Below, in pieces: positions 37,715-49,906 of a stretch of 64,000 bases of DNA (its first letter is position 1; every line of letters begins with the position of its first letter). The translations under genes and the position numbers were made by a program. The notes under the pieces were generated by a model that saw only the letters and a program-made list of their open reading frames with translations, ran no database searches and was not told where the DNA came from. Source of the DNA: Podarcis tiliguerta (taxonomy: Eukaryota); the NCBI GenBank assembly GCA_965153285.1, contig OZ229117.1; one strand, 5' to 3'.

Positions 37715-40700
37715 GATGAGGTCTGGGGAGAGGGAGATGAACATTTACATGCCTATCTTATGCTGAGTTGGACCATCTATTCCAGCATTGTTTCTTTACT
37801 CGCAGGCATGCTTATGGTGATTTTGTTGTTTTATCACTTTTTTTGCCACCCTGGGCTCCTTTGGGAGGAAGGAATAGATTGAATAAATGAATGACTAATA
37901 AACTGGGATGTGCTGTAATTGAAGCTGGAACCTCTTCAGTCCAAGCCACAGATTCTGCTGCTGAGTTATAGCTTCACTCCAGGCTATGCCTATGAACATA
38001 AGAAGAACCCTGCTGGGTTGGGCCAAAGACTCCCCTCAAATTGGCATTCTTTTATGGGCAATTTGCAGAGTTGGAGGCATAAATAGGAGACAGCCATGCA
38101 CAGCAATAAAGAGTGCAAGGCGAGAGTTCCCAGAGTCCCTGACAGCATCAGCTTTGTGGCTTCCAGATGTTTTGGGCTAGCTGGGACTGGTGGAAGAAGA
38201 CAGGCTAGTCAAATTTGCTATATATACAAACAGGTGCACAGTGAACTTTTGTCTTGCACCACTAGGTGTCACCAGCAATTTGCGGAAACTTGCTCACCAG
38301 ACAGAGGCTGATCAAAAGGGCTGAAATCCCAGCTGCTTGTCAAAGCACAGCCACAGCTTGCAGGGAGGTCATGGCAGGGAGCAGAAAAGATTAGCAGCAG
38401 CTGCAGCAGAGGTAACCTCCTGTTTTATTACATTTAGACTCTGCTTTTGCATGTAAAGTGACCAAGGTGGCTTAACAATTAAAAGCTACTTCTAGCCCCC
38501 TTGGGATCAGCTGGGGATCTGGAGAAAATATGTCGTCTTTTCTGCGTAGTGTGTGGACAGGGTCTTGCTATCCTGGAAATATTAATTACCAGGGTGAGAA
38601 TGGAATGGGGCACTTTGTTTAACACCTTTGTGCCGATCCTTCCTCTTAAGATGCTCAGGGGGCTGTTTTAGCCATGCATCGTGAGGTTTGCTCACTTTGG
38701 CTTCTGCTGCAAAGATTGTGAAAGAGTTGTCACTTCCTCATTGCAAGGTTTCCATTTCTTCACTGGAAAGAGTGTTTCTGGCTCAAGGCACTCTGAATTT
38801 TGCAAGACCTGGAAACACAAGAAACGGCCTCACCTGGTATCAGATCATTGATCCATCTAGCTCAGGGTGGTCTATTATTTATTTATTGCATTTATATTCC
38901 ATTTTTTCCCTCCAAGGAGCTCAAGGGGGCAGAGACGCTCTGTTCCTTGCATCCCCCTGTCTGAATCCTTGCAGCAGAAGTTGGACACCCCACTGCCTCA
39001 CACAAGCAGGTGCTGCTCCCTCTTCCCTTGTTAAATGATCAACCTGACAACCAGGAAGGTGACGGCTTGCATCCCCATCAAGGTGCTGTGCTTCTCCACT
39101 GCCACTCAAATGAGAGGTCTTGCAGAGAGGGAAAGCAAAAATTGCTTGGGGGCTGGATCAGGTGTATACAATACAGAGCTAGATAGACCCAAGAGGCTCA
39201 TTCAATATAGAACAGTGTTTCCTTCCCTTAAAAATAATTTTTAAAAGAAGTTCTCAGAACAGTCACAGTTGAGGTCGACCCCTGCCAACAATTATTTTGA
39301 TGATGGCAGGCTATTTCCTGCAGGTAACCCTGGGATTTGATGCACATGGACAAAGTTTCACAGGATCTGTTGCTACAGCTCAGCTTGCCATGTTCTAAAG
39401 ATTTGTTTGGCTGGAATAATCAGCTGGTGAGACAAAAGCTGGCTGTGTTGTGTCCTCTCAGAGCACTTTGGAGCGATGAGATGGCATCCTGATTCACCTC
39501 TGCAAACAAGAATTTGAAGTGGGTCAAATTGCTGAACAGTCCAGAGATTTAAAGAGCAATATTCAGGATGTTTAGCAATTTCTATCACCTGGGGGACGGA
39601 ATATTTAAAGACAACGCTGACATGAATGAACGCAGTTGGTTTGCTGGAGGGAGATAAGTTCAACGTAGGCTGAAAAAACACAGAACACATTTAAAGTACA
39701 TTCCCTGCCCCCCCCCCAAATCCTGGAAACTGTAGTTTGTTAAGGATGCTGGGAATTGTAGCTGTTCCTGGGATTGGTTTTTTTTTGTGTGTGTGTGTGT
39801 TTGTGTGTAAGGGGGAATGAGCATTAAATGAATAGTATGCATACAGCCAACGTATCCCAGTAGACAGAACCAGCCTTTGCCCTGCAATACTTGTGTTAAG
39901 ATTCACCGTGACTTGTCTGATGGCCCCACAGTCCCCCACTCTGTTGAGGTGCAGTGACAAGCTTCTCGCAGGGGTGGAGGCTGTTTGGAGCAAGCACAGC
40001 AGCACTTGTCAAACACACTTGGCAAGCAGCTTAAACCTGATATAGGATACAATCACTCAGAGGTAGTAGCTGAAAGAAAGCTGCTTGACCGGAATGTGCT
40101 TGCTCCTTCTCTGTCTCAGCTGCTAGAGTGCTAATAATCTTTCCTCCCTCTTCCCCAGATTCTCTCTCCCTGCCCAGATGAGTAAATTGATAAGAGCTCC
40201 ATTTACAGACAGGGAGGGGCCCTTAGAACAAAAGGCCTTTTTATCAGCAGCCATTCTGTCCCAGCTGTGCAACCTCAGCTGCTGTCTCGGAGCCTTCTCA
40301 CTGGGCAAAGTTAAAAGCTAGGCCTCTTCTTGGCTGTGCACCCTGCCCCCCCCAACACCACTTAGGAACAACATTTAGATCTGCATTGCAATATGGAGAC
40401 ATTCCCCCCCCCCACTACCTTGGGAAAGGTGAATCTAAGAGGCAGGAAGCCAGGGAGGGAAAGCTGACCAGTCCCTGGAATCATGTGACTCTCAGGCAAG
40501 GTGTTTCTAGGACGTTAGGCAGCTGGGGAGTGATTTCAAACTCTGTGTCTGTTTTTATGCAATAACAGATGGGGAGGCCACTCCTCACTTCCCTAAAAGG
40601 CAACTGCAAAGCTCTACCACTAGCAGTTAGTTCTGCTATGGAGTAATATGTAAAACACTATTTAATTTTTGGGGGGAGGGCGGGGGAAGCATGGGGATTT

Positions 40701-40717
40701 TTAAAGACTAGAAATAG

Positions 40718-40906
40718 GGAGGGGTTGTAGCTCAGTGGTTGAGCATCTGCTTTGCACAGAGCAGGTCCCAGCTTCAATCCATGATGTCTCCAGATAAGAC
40801 TGTGGATGTGCCTTGTCTGAAACACAGACAAGAGAGCCACTATGTGTTAGCAGTGCTGAGCTAAATGGCCTGACTTGGTATAATAAGACAACCTCCTATT
40901 TTCCTA
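40718..40906 (+). mobile_element. tRNA-derived SINE
   Basis: A-box GTAGCTCAGTGGTTGAGCATCTGCTTTGC, degenerate B-box GCTTCAATCC, non-tRNA body and ..CCTCCTATTTTCCT tail; relatives at ~24850-25005, ~35660-35810, ~44495-44680, ~51065-51100, 63360-63535 (-). Confidence 0.7.
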
Positions 40907-41189
40907 AAAACAAAAGGAAGTACCGGTAGCTGTAAGCTGGTTGGAGTTTAGATTTGGGCGCAGATCCTGGGTTTGGAGGGGGCTCTTTGCGAAAGAATAT
41001 TGGGTCAAATTGCAGCACCTGTCTACTCTAGTTTCTTATTACAAGGGTACACCAGGCTAAATGGTGCACTCGTTAATCCAGGTAAAGGGCCTGTGTTTTC
41101 CAGGTCCTTTTTTCAAGTAGCCATAGCTAAGGGCCTATGTATGACCTCCTACCATCTTTCCTGGGTCCTGCAGAGTCTTCCTTAATGTA

Positions 41190-41700
41190 GTGGGAGAGGC
41201 CATCCAATGAAGATGACATGGGCATCGCCAGGATTTTTGTTGCGGGGGGGGGGGGAAGCCTTTTATTAGGGATTGCAGGTCTCTTGTTGGGGGGCGGCAG
41301 AACCTCAGTTAGCTATGATATTACTGATTTGGGGGGGGGAGCAGCTGCTCCTTCCTGCTCCCCCTTGGCTGTGCTCATGGAAGCTGAATGCAGGAAAATT
41401 CAGGCAGACAAAAGGAAGCACTTCTTCACAAAGTGAAGTTAAACTGCCAAACTTGCTCCTACAGTTTGTAGTGATAATATAGCTGTAAAAGGCTTGGGTA
41501 AATTCATGGAGGACAAGGCTGTGTTCTACATCCACTGTAGGAGACAGTGATGCTTCTGAAAGCCAATGGCTAAAAACCACAGGAGGGAGGGAGATCCCTT
41601 GTGCTCACATCCTGCTCGCAGGCTTCCTGTGGGCATCTGGTTGGCCATCTGAAGAACAGGGAGGTGGGCTAGATGGGACTTTGGCCTGATCCAGCTTCAG
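41190..41700 (+). mobile_element. CR1 LINE 3' fragment interrupted by a hAT MITE
   Basis: Removing the MITE restores GHPMKLNAGKFR..KRKHFFT (CR1 RT end), followed by the same 3' region as 4420-4745. Confidence 0.7.
41217..41379. mobile_element. 163-bp hAT MITE nested in CR1
   Basis: Imperfect TIRs CATGGGCATCGCCA/TGGCTGTGCTCATG; 8-bp TSD GAAGATGA (41209-41216)/GAAGCTGA (41380-41387). Confidence 0.8.
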
Positions 41701-41825
41701 GGCAGAAGCACACCCAACAGGCAACTTTGGTCCCTATATGAGTTAGAAGCTGGTAGTGCCCAAGGAAACTTGGTTGAAGGGTGGTTTAAAAAGTGTATTA
41801 TCATTACTCTCGCAGGATCAATGAC

Positions 41826-41909
41826 AACAAAGAGTCTTGTGGAATTGCCTTCAAGGCTACCTGTTTTTGCTTAAGCTTTAGTGCATTGCAGCCTGTTTCG
41901 TCAGATGCA
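41826..41909 (-). mobile_element. Degenerate Penelope-like element terminal-repeat fragment (hammerhead relic)
   Basis: AAAGAGTCTTGTGG..CCTT.AAGGCTA..AAGCTTT..TTCGTCAGATGCA; reverse strand GCATCTGACGA..TAAAGCTT resembles the CUGANGA..GAAA core with GAAA mutated. Confidence 0.5.
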
Positions 41910-42129
41910 GCCCACTCTATCCTCCACAATGTCCAAACACAGAATGCTGGACACATGCACAGTAATTTGCAAGGCTGGTGAGTGAGCTTTGCAGAGGAAT
42001 CTGCCTGGCCTCTCCTTCTAGGATCCAGGATACAATACTGGGCTGGATGGCTCGCCCCAAAAAGTCTGCTCCAGCCAGGCTCTTGATCTAAGGGGGTGGG
42101 ACTTCTGCAATGATCCTCAATCTCCCTCC

Positions 42130-42460
42130 TGCTTTTGAAGGGAGAAAAGGCTTTTATTTTGCCTACAGCACTCACACTTTGGAACTCCCTGCCTATCACA
42201 ATCAGGCAGGTGTCTTCAATGACTCTTTTGGGCACCTGCTAAAATATTTTTGTTTAGGCAAATCTACCCAGGCATGCAGAATGTTGTAATGTGCTTTGAT
42301 CTTGTGTTTTGTTTTTGTTTTTAGTTTATCGTTTATTTTAATTATTTTTGAATAATATAGATAGTAATTTTAACTGCTTTTTTTTTACTGATAATTTTAT
42401 TGTTTTATCCTTTTTGTAAACCGCTTTGAAATTGTATTGCTATCACGCGAATATATGTTG
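42130..42460 (+). mobile_element. L2-like LINE 3' tail fragment (approximate)
   Basis: AGGCTTTT..CTTTGGAACTCCCTGCCT..CAGGCAGG..CTGCTAAAA..TTGTTTAGGCAA..GTAAACCGCTTTGA. Confidence 0.6.
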
Positions 42461-42529
42461 CCAACCCACCACCTTATTTTCTCATGTAAATCAACAGGCA
42501 AAACTTAGGGAAACGTGTCCGGAATCCTT

Positions 42530-43400
42530 TGAAGAATCCACCCGGTACGCCTTACGCGACGGGGCGGACGAGAACCAGTAGGCGGCGCTGAGGAGGAGGA
42601 AAGACTTGTGTCTGCGTCGGCGAGCGGGCCGTCTAAAAAACCGGGAGCCGCAAGCAGCCCTCCTTATCCCGGCTGCTTTCCCTCGACGGCTCTCTTGGCG
42701 CAGTCAGGCCGAGAGGGAGGAAGCGAGCGGCGGCACCGGGGCGAGGACCGTCGAGGGTCGCTGCCTCGCCGTGCGCTCCCCAGTCCTTTCCTCCTTCCGA
42801 GCTCCCAGGGGGCGGCTCCCTCCGGCCGGCCTCCTTAAGCACCCGCCCCACCGCGGCCGCCTAACTAGCCAGCCAGCCAGGTGGCGCTGCTCTTTTGCTC
42901 CAGGTGACCGTCCTGTCCGCGGCGCATGGACTTCGACGGGCAGTTGCTGCGGCAGGTGGGCGGCTTCGGGCGGCGCGCCCGGCTCCTGGCTGCCGCCTCG
43001 TGGCTGCCCAACGTGCCGCTGGCGCTCGGCCTGGCCGCGGGGCTCCTGCTGGCCGCCACCCCGCAGCACCGCTGCCGCCCGGACCCGGCGCTGCTGCCGC
43101 CCGAGCTGCGCAACGCCAGCGGGCCCGAGCTGCTCAACGCCTCCACCCCGCCCGGCAGCCACTGCCTGCTCTACCGCTACCCGCCGCCCGGGGGCGGCCT
43201 CGAGCCCAACGGGACCGGTCCTTGCACCCGCGGCTGGGAGTACGTCCTGCCTGAGGCCGGCCTCCTCTCCACCGTCGTGACGCAGGTCCGTGGGTCAGAA
43301 GGGTGCCTCCGAGGATGTGCAGAGTGGCCCTGGGAAGGGGACGGAAGAGGGAGACCCGCGTCGACCTGCCCAAATGACGCCGTGGGTTCTGACCTAGGCA
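42530..43400. promoter_or_regulatory. CpG island / probable SLC22A31 promoter
   Basis: Abrupt rise in GC and CpG density in an otherwise CpG-depleted window; GC boxes (GGGGCGG, CCGCCCC); overlaps the first coding exon. Confidence 0.85.
42926..43285 (+). CDS. SLC22A31: SLC22A31 first coding exon, 360 bp (TM1 and Cys/N-glycosylated extracellular loop)
   Basis: MDFDGQLLRQVGGFGRR..HRCRPD..NAS..HCLLYRY..NGTGPCTRGWEY..STVVTQ|gtccgt; in-frame TGA at 42905-42907 upstream of the ATG; gene identity also supported by position between ANKRD11 and CDH15. Confidence 0.9.
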
Positions 43401-43856
43401 AAACCTCTCGCTGTTGCACATTTTGTAAAGAGCGGGGAGGGGCTTGGCCTGGGCCTCCAGATTAAAGTAGGCCTCAAATTTAGGGTTAATTTTAATTTTT
43501 AGGTTTCAAATTAACTTGTTACTTTTTCTGCATTTGATAATTTTTGCAGCTTGTTTTTATGCGGGGGTGAGGGAGGCATTTAAACAAATAGGAGGTGCCA
43601 TTTGGTAAAATGCATGATTTTTGTTGAACATGAACATGAAATTTATTACGGTCAGAGACCAGGTTGATGATTTTTGTTGTTAACTGATTTTTAGATCATT
43701 TTGCTTTTGTGTGCCATTATTTTTAAATTTTATTATGGCTGGGGCCCCAAAAGCTGGAAGTTGCCCCTGGGCGTCTCTATATCTATGAGAAGACCTAAAG
43801 GTAGGCAACACCACCAGCCTCCTGGTTCTGAAAAGTCTCCTTCCTTTTTCTTCTAG

Positions 43857-43961
<105 letters not shown>

Positions 43962-44063
43962 TAAAATATTTCCCCATCACAATGCTGCTTTGCCTTCCCT
44001 TGAGCTTGTAGCAAGCCTTGCCTTGTGTGCTGTGAATCCTCAGTGAGGACTGGAAGCTTGTTA

Positions 44064-44368
44064 AGGTAAAGGTACCCCTGCCCGTATGGGCCAGTCTTGA
44101 CAGACTCTAGGGTTGTGCGCCCATCTCACTCAAGAGGCCGGGGGCCAGCGCTGTCCGCAGACACTTCCGGGTCACGTGGCCAGCGTGACATCGCTGCTCT
44201 GGCGAGCCAGAGCCGCACACAGAAACGCCGTTTACCTTCCCGCTAGTAAGCGGTCCCTATTTATCTACTTGCACTCGGGAGTGCTTTCGAACTGCTAGGT
44301 TGGCAGGCGCTGGGACCGAACAACGGGAGCGCACCCCGCCGCGGGGATTTGAACCGCCGACCTTTCGA
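44064..44368 (-). mobile_element. Sauria SINE, slightly 5'-truncated, CpG-rich
   Basis: AGGTAAAGGTACCCCTG tail, CTTCCGGGTCACGTGGCCAGC, CCGTTTACCTTCCCG..CCTATTTATCTACTTGCA..TGCTTTCGAACTGCTAGGTTGGCAGG, B-box GGATTTGAACC; TGTTA on both flanks. Confidence 0.88.
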
Positions 44369-45093
44369 TGTTACCATGTTCTTAATTAGTGTCCCAGCGA
44401 ACCCAATACACTCTTTGTGTACAGCTGCTGTATGGTGTTGTGGTTCTGCAGTCTTGTTGAACCAGGATGTTCTTATCCCCAAGGGAAGCGAATGTAATGC
44501 TCAGTGGTAGAGCACTGGTTATGCATGGAGTAGAGCCCAGGTTCAATTCCAGTTGTTTTTAATGATAAAATGGCAAGTGGCAGGGAAGATCCTTCTCTTC
44601 CTAAGACCCTGGAGAGAATGTTGTCGCTCAGAGTCAATGCTAATAGTCAAGAGCAACAAAACAGTTTGACTTGGTATTAGAGCCAGTGTGGTGTAGTGGT
44701 TAGAGTGTTCAGCATCATGTTCAGCATCCTGTTTTCACTGTGGCCCCCCAGATGCTTGTGAGAAACCCTCAAACAGGACCTGAGAACAAGAGCACTCTCC
44801 CCTCCTGCAATTTCCAGCAACTGGCATTGAAACACATTATTTTCTCTGGCCATGAAGGAAGAGCACAGCCGTTGTGGCTAGTAGCCGCTGGTAGCTTTAT
44901 TGCCCATGGATTTGTGTCCTGTGGGAGTGAGGGGGCTGGGGTTTTTGAGCAGAGAAGCAGCCAGTGAGAGCTGTAGACTTCCTACTGGGGCATCTGGCGG
45001 AGAGCAGGATGCTGCACTAGATGGGCCTTTGGCTCTCCTGTAGAACCCCCCCAACTTTGCATCCTTACTCACTGCCCTCCTTTGATTTTCTAG

Positions 45094-45248
45094 GTTTGGC
45101 CGCCGGGCCACTTTCATCTCCTCCTTGATGTTGTCCATCCCTCTGGGCATTGCCGTGGCGCTGGCTGTGAATTACGTCATGCTTGTACTTACCCGGCTGC
45201 TCTTTGGGGCACTGCTGGCGGGCACCTTCCTCTCCCTCTATGTTGCAA
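45094..45248 (+). CDS. SLC22A31: SLC22A31 exon 3, 155 bp
   Basis: (R)FGRRATFISSLMLSIPLGIAVALAVNYVMLVLTRLLFGALLAGTFLSLYVA; completes the MFS motif DRFGRR; ttctag|..|gtgagt. Confidence 0.93.
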
Positions 45249-45285
45249 GTGAGTTGCCCTCTTTGCTACCCCACATCCTTATTAG

Positions 45286-45633
<348 letters not shown>

Positions 45634-45837
45634 TAAGTCTGCCTCTCAGCCCTGAATACTAAGGGGGTGGGAAGCCTTACAATGGAGACACATGACTCCT
45701 TGAAATGAGAGGCACAACAAGCATTGCGGACCTCATTTCAGTGAGGAGGTCAGTGTGGTTCTCACCCTCCCGCCACACTTTGAGAAAACTCTTCCCAGGG
45801 TGGGAACTCCCTGTAATTCTCCTGGTGCCTTAAAATA

Positions 45838-46156
45838 TGGCTAGGGAACCTTTTTCAGCCCAAGGGCCACATTATCTTCTACACAACCTTCTGAGGGCCG
45901 CATTCTGTTAGATAGAAGCAAAGGCAGGCAGAGCAACACACATTTTGTCCAGTAGACCAGTTTTGGCACCGACATCTCTCTCTTTCCTCCATCCAGGGAA
46001 GCAAGAGGCATTATCAGAGTTCAGGGGCACATTCCAGCCAGGCAAAAAACACTCAGGACCTGAAGTTGACCGAGTGAGGGGTGTGGCCTGGGGAGAGTTA
46101 TGAGGGCCAAATGGAGGGTCATATTCAGCCCCTGAGCCTGAGGTTCCCCAGCCCTG
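45838..46156. mobile_element. Degenerate hAT-like non-autonomous element
   Basis: Ends GGCTAGGGAACCT..CAGCCCAAGGGCCACATT and CTGAGGTTCCCCAGCCCTG resemble CAGGGNTGGGGAACC TIRs. Confidence 0.55.
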
Positions 46157-47884
46157 CTTTCTCAGAATAAGTAATCTATGCCTATCTGACAAAAGTCGTG
46201 CAGCACCAAGAGCTGTGTTAAAGTTGCTCAATCCCCTAACCTGGTGCCCTACAAAACTTTCACCTGACGCTACGCTGTGGCATTGCACATGTGTGCATTG
46301 TTAAATATTGCCCACTGAATGTAGCCAAAACACAGCGGTACAGCACACCCAAGGTAGGAAGGGACCCTTGCCCGATGGTGACGGGGTCAGAGGGCAGCGC
46401 TTATCCTGTGGCTGCCTGCTGCTGCACATGCATCCCCACTCCTGCTCTGCACATGCTGCCTCCTTTGCAAGATTTCCTTGCAACCCTTCCAGGCAGGAGA
46501 GGGTGCTGCTGCCAGCCACTCTGAAGCCTCAGCCCACTTGGCACTTCCTTAGCCTTGCAGAGGTCACTGAGCTGAGCAAGCCCTCTTCACTAGAGCACCC
46601 CCTTGGCAGAGCCCTTCAGTTCAAGGGCTGAGGGAACACACTTGATCCAGCTGCAACTTGGAGCAGCTTCCTTTAGGCTTGAGCAATGTGGGGTGTGTAC
46701 TGCAGAGGAAGGAGTGGATGTTTAAACATTGCAGGGAAAGGGAGAGTCATGCTGGGACACTTAGGGGAGAGGCCCTGGATCCATACAAGAAAGCACTAAG
46801 AAGCACACTTCCCCTTCTTTCTCTCTGCACTGCACAAAGGCAGTGTCCCCAGTTTGAAACCACGAGAGGGTACGGGCCCCTCCAGACAAAGGTAGTATTG
46901 CGGGTGTCTTCTGCAACATGTTTTGACCTAATAGTAGTGCATCAGTGGCAGGTTTGTTCTACTTAATTTTTCTCTGCCATCCTGCCCCAATGCTGCCCCA
47001 TTATTGCTCTCCAGAGGGGCCATAGCACAGCAAAAGCAGGGCAAAAAATAAACCAGAACACTTGCGGTATAAGACATTTCAGGGCTGTGCACTGTTTGGA
47101 AATGAAGCAGTGTGACTGTTCCAAAACACCTTCAGGCACAAACAGTATTGAGTGTGGGATCCGGTGTGATGGTCCTGTTAGCATGATGAGCACAAAACCT
47201 CATGAACACCCAATAAAATGGATGTCCGGAAGGGGGGACCCCAAGTTGCTGTTATGTAATACAAATGACTCCCTCACCCTTTCCTCCCTCTCTTCCTTCT
47301 GGATTTTAAAACACTTTCTGGTTGGCGGGCAGAGGCCATTAGTATGGCTCACTGACCTAGCAGCAAAAGGCTGCACAGTTCAGCTGTTTCTCGCTACTTG
47401 AGATGTGGCAAGTTGACTGTTCTTCTGAAAAGCCCCCATCTCACCACACAAGCCACACTTCCTTAGACACCACCTAAGGAGAGTTTTCAGTGTCATATGC
47501 ACTCAAGGCTCCCTGCCCCCATAGATCTTCTGAATTGGTTCATGCTTGGGAACATAACAACCATCAGCTTTACCCCCCCCAAAAAAAAAAATTCATAAGA
47601 ATACCTGTTTTAGATTTTTAATAAACTTTTGGTTGTATTCTCCCTCCCTCTTCTCCCCTGAAAGTTTTGCCTTGTTCATTTTTGCAGTGTGGTTGTGGTT
47701 ACTCCTGTTTGTGTAGGCTGTAGCCAAGAGACTGGGTTTCCCAAGAATATCCAGCAAGCTTTGGGTAGTTGCTCTCCATGTGGGGATGCACTGTCCAGAA
47801 TGAAGGAGCAGCTACGCTCCAGCTCTGCCTGCCAGGATGCCACCGGTCATGCCAGCGGTGCTTGTTCTTCTTTTTTGGGAGCAG

Positions 47885-48030
47885 GTGTCCTGCCCTCTCC
47901 CCCGAGTCGGGCCGCTGGCTCTTGGCCACTCAGCAGCTTGAGGAAGGCAAGCAGGTTCTGCGCGATTTAGCCGAGGGCAATGGAATCCGCCTGGAGGATG
48001 ACTCCTACACTTGGGAGCACCTGTTTGCAG
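47885..48030 (+). CDS. SLC22A31: SLC22A31 exon 5, 146 bp
   Basis: (W)CPALSPESGRWLLATQQLEEGKQVLRDLAEGNGIRLEDDSYTWEHLFA, PESxRWL motif; gcag|..|gtgagg. Confidence 0.92.
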
Positions 48031-48890
48031 GTGAGGTCTGAGGGGCTAGGCTTGGCCCTCACTCTAAGCCTTGCTGCTTTATCAGTTTCTGGCTTGGAGC
48101 AACGGGGTGCTGGGTGCTCATTTGGATCTCAGGTTGGTGGGGCTGGTGAATATCTGCCCTGCCAGGTTACTTTGGGTGCAAGGTACGCCATCCCCATGCA
48201 ACCGGAGGCTGGAAAAAGCACCAGTTGCCTTTTCGGGATCAATACCTCTTGACCCACTGTGAGAAGCAGGTGTGCAAGCCGTGACATAGGTGGATGTGTT
48301 TCTCTGATGTGGGTGGAGTTTTTTGGTCCCCTTGGGGGAGCCTGTCACCTTCCAGGTGAAGATAGACTTCCATCCCCCATGAGTGTTAGTCATGCTGGAT
48401 GGGGCTGTTGGGAGTTGTGAGTCCAACATCGCCTAGAGCACAGCTGGAGAAACTTTCCCCCTACCCCATCAAGCAGGCCAGATCCCTGTAACTGCCCTCT
48501 CAGGCCAAATTTGACAGGAAGCAGGGCTGTCTATCTGTTACCTGATATCACAGTGGCTTCTCTTTGAAGGTGTACTCTCAGCACCCCTTCCAAGGGGCTT
48601 GCTCCAGGGGCAGGCAGCACTTTCCATTGAAGCCACTGTGAAAACTTGAGAGTCTCTTTCTTTCCCATTTTAGCAGCAGTTTCAGTGCAAGCTTTCTCCT
48701 GCTGAGGAACAAGGTGCACTGATGGGTAGCGGGAGCCCACCTTCCTCCGGCAGAGGAACAATCAGGAGCTCCCCTTAAGCTCCCATTTGTTCCTTGGAAG
48801 TTGCACATGTGGTGTCATACGATGTCAGTTGTGGTGCAAGTAGGTGATGGTGTCTCAGGAACAGCCTCCTGGGCCAGAAGTTCCCCATCC

Positions 48891-49774
48891 CACATGGGCC
48901 AGAAGTTCCCCATCCCTGCCCAAGAGGATAAGCATTACTTGTGAATAACTCAGGACAGATAGCAAAGAGGATCCACGTGAAATGATGGCAGAGGACCTTT
49001 TTGGCTTTGGCACACCCAAGGATTCTTGGCTGCCCTTTAGGCACCTGCTACTGACCTTGAAAATGTAAATAAATCTCAAGGCTTCTTAATTCATTCTTCT
49101 GACATTTTTATTTGCTGTTTGGTCTGTGGTTTTTCCTGCATTGTTGAGAGATTATTTCATTGTGTTAATGAGAGTATAATTGAATGCCAGTATGTACATT
49201 CTTCATGTCAATTAGTTTTTAAAAAATATGCTGCGGGTTTCCTGGATTAGTGGTGCTGGTTGTCTCACAATATGTTTTTAATTCCGTCTCCAGAGCTGGA
49301 CAACCTGTCTGGAGGGGCCCCTCGGCCACAGTACTACAGCATCTGCAAGATCTTCCGCACCCGGGTCATTTGGAAGAACAGCCTTATCCTGGGTTTCACT
49401 GCGTAAGAGCCTGATGTGTTGTGGGTTCTTTGAGAACTGGTTGTGGGACCTGGGAGCTGTGCTGGGAAGTGTTGGCAGCCACTCTGAAGTTGCGATGGTG
49501 GTGAAATCTCCCAGCATTGACGACTAGTTGTAATGTCTTCCTGGAACCTCCACATCCAGAGGCAGCCCACCTTTGCATACTGTACCAATTGCTAGTGACC
49601 AACAGTGGGAAGAGGGCTGCTGCCTACCTGCCCTGCTGCCAGTAGGCTTCCCCGGGGCATCCAATTGGCCTCTTCACAGACCTATACATTTGATCCTCTT
49701 TGCTATCTGTCCTGAGTTACTCACAAGCAATGCTTCTCCTCTTAGGCAGGGTTTGGGAACTTCTGGCCCATGTG
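48891..49774. repeat. 83-bp inverted repeat pair (48891-48973 and 49692-49774) flanking SLC22A31 exon 6
   Basis: Manual alignment of arm 1 to the reverse complement of arm 2: 77/83 identical, no gaps. Confidence 0.92.
49294..49402 (+). CDS. SLC22A31: SLC22A31 exon 6, 109 bp
   Basis: (E)LDNLSGGAPRPQYYSICKIFRTRVIWKNSLILGFT(A); ctccag|..|gtaaga; phase 1 to 2 joins exons 5 and 7. Confidence 0.9.
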
Positions 49775-49906
49775 CCACCCTCTTTATTTGACCCACGGGA
49801 CCCGTATCCCTGCTCATACTGTCAAACTCTAACCCCTGGTCCATCCTCCTAGAGTTACTGCAGAGCATTTTACCATCTCTCTGCCCCTGTCTCCCCTACC
49901 GTCCAG

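Noticed and set aside
40718-40795. tRNA gene (also 44495-44550, 51065-51100, 63465-63535)
   Set aside because: A/B-box-like heads continue into shared SINE bodies, lack a clean cloverleaf and are mutually diverged.
42606-43465. Several long overlapping ORFs in the CpG island
   Set aside because: High GC content suppresses stop codons; only the frame from 42926 has SLC22 motifs and splices in phase.
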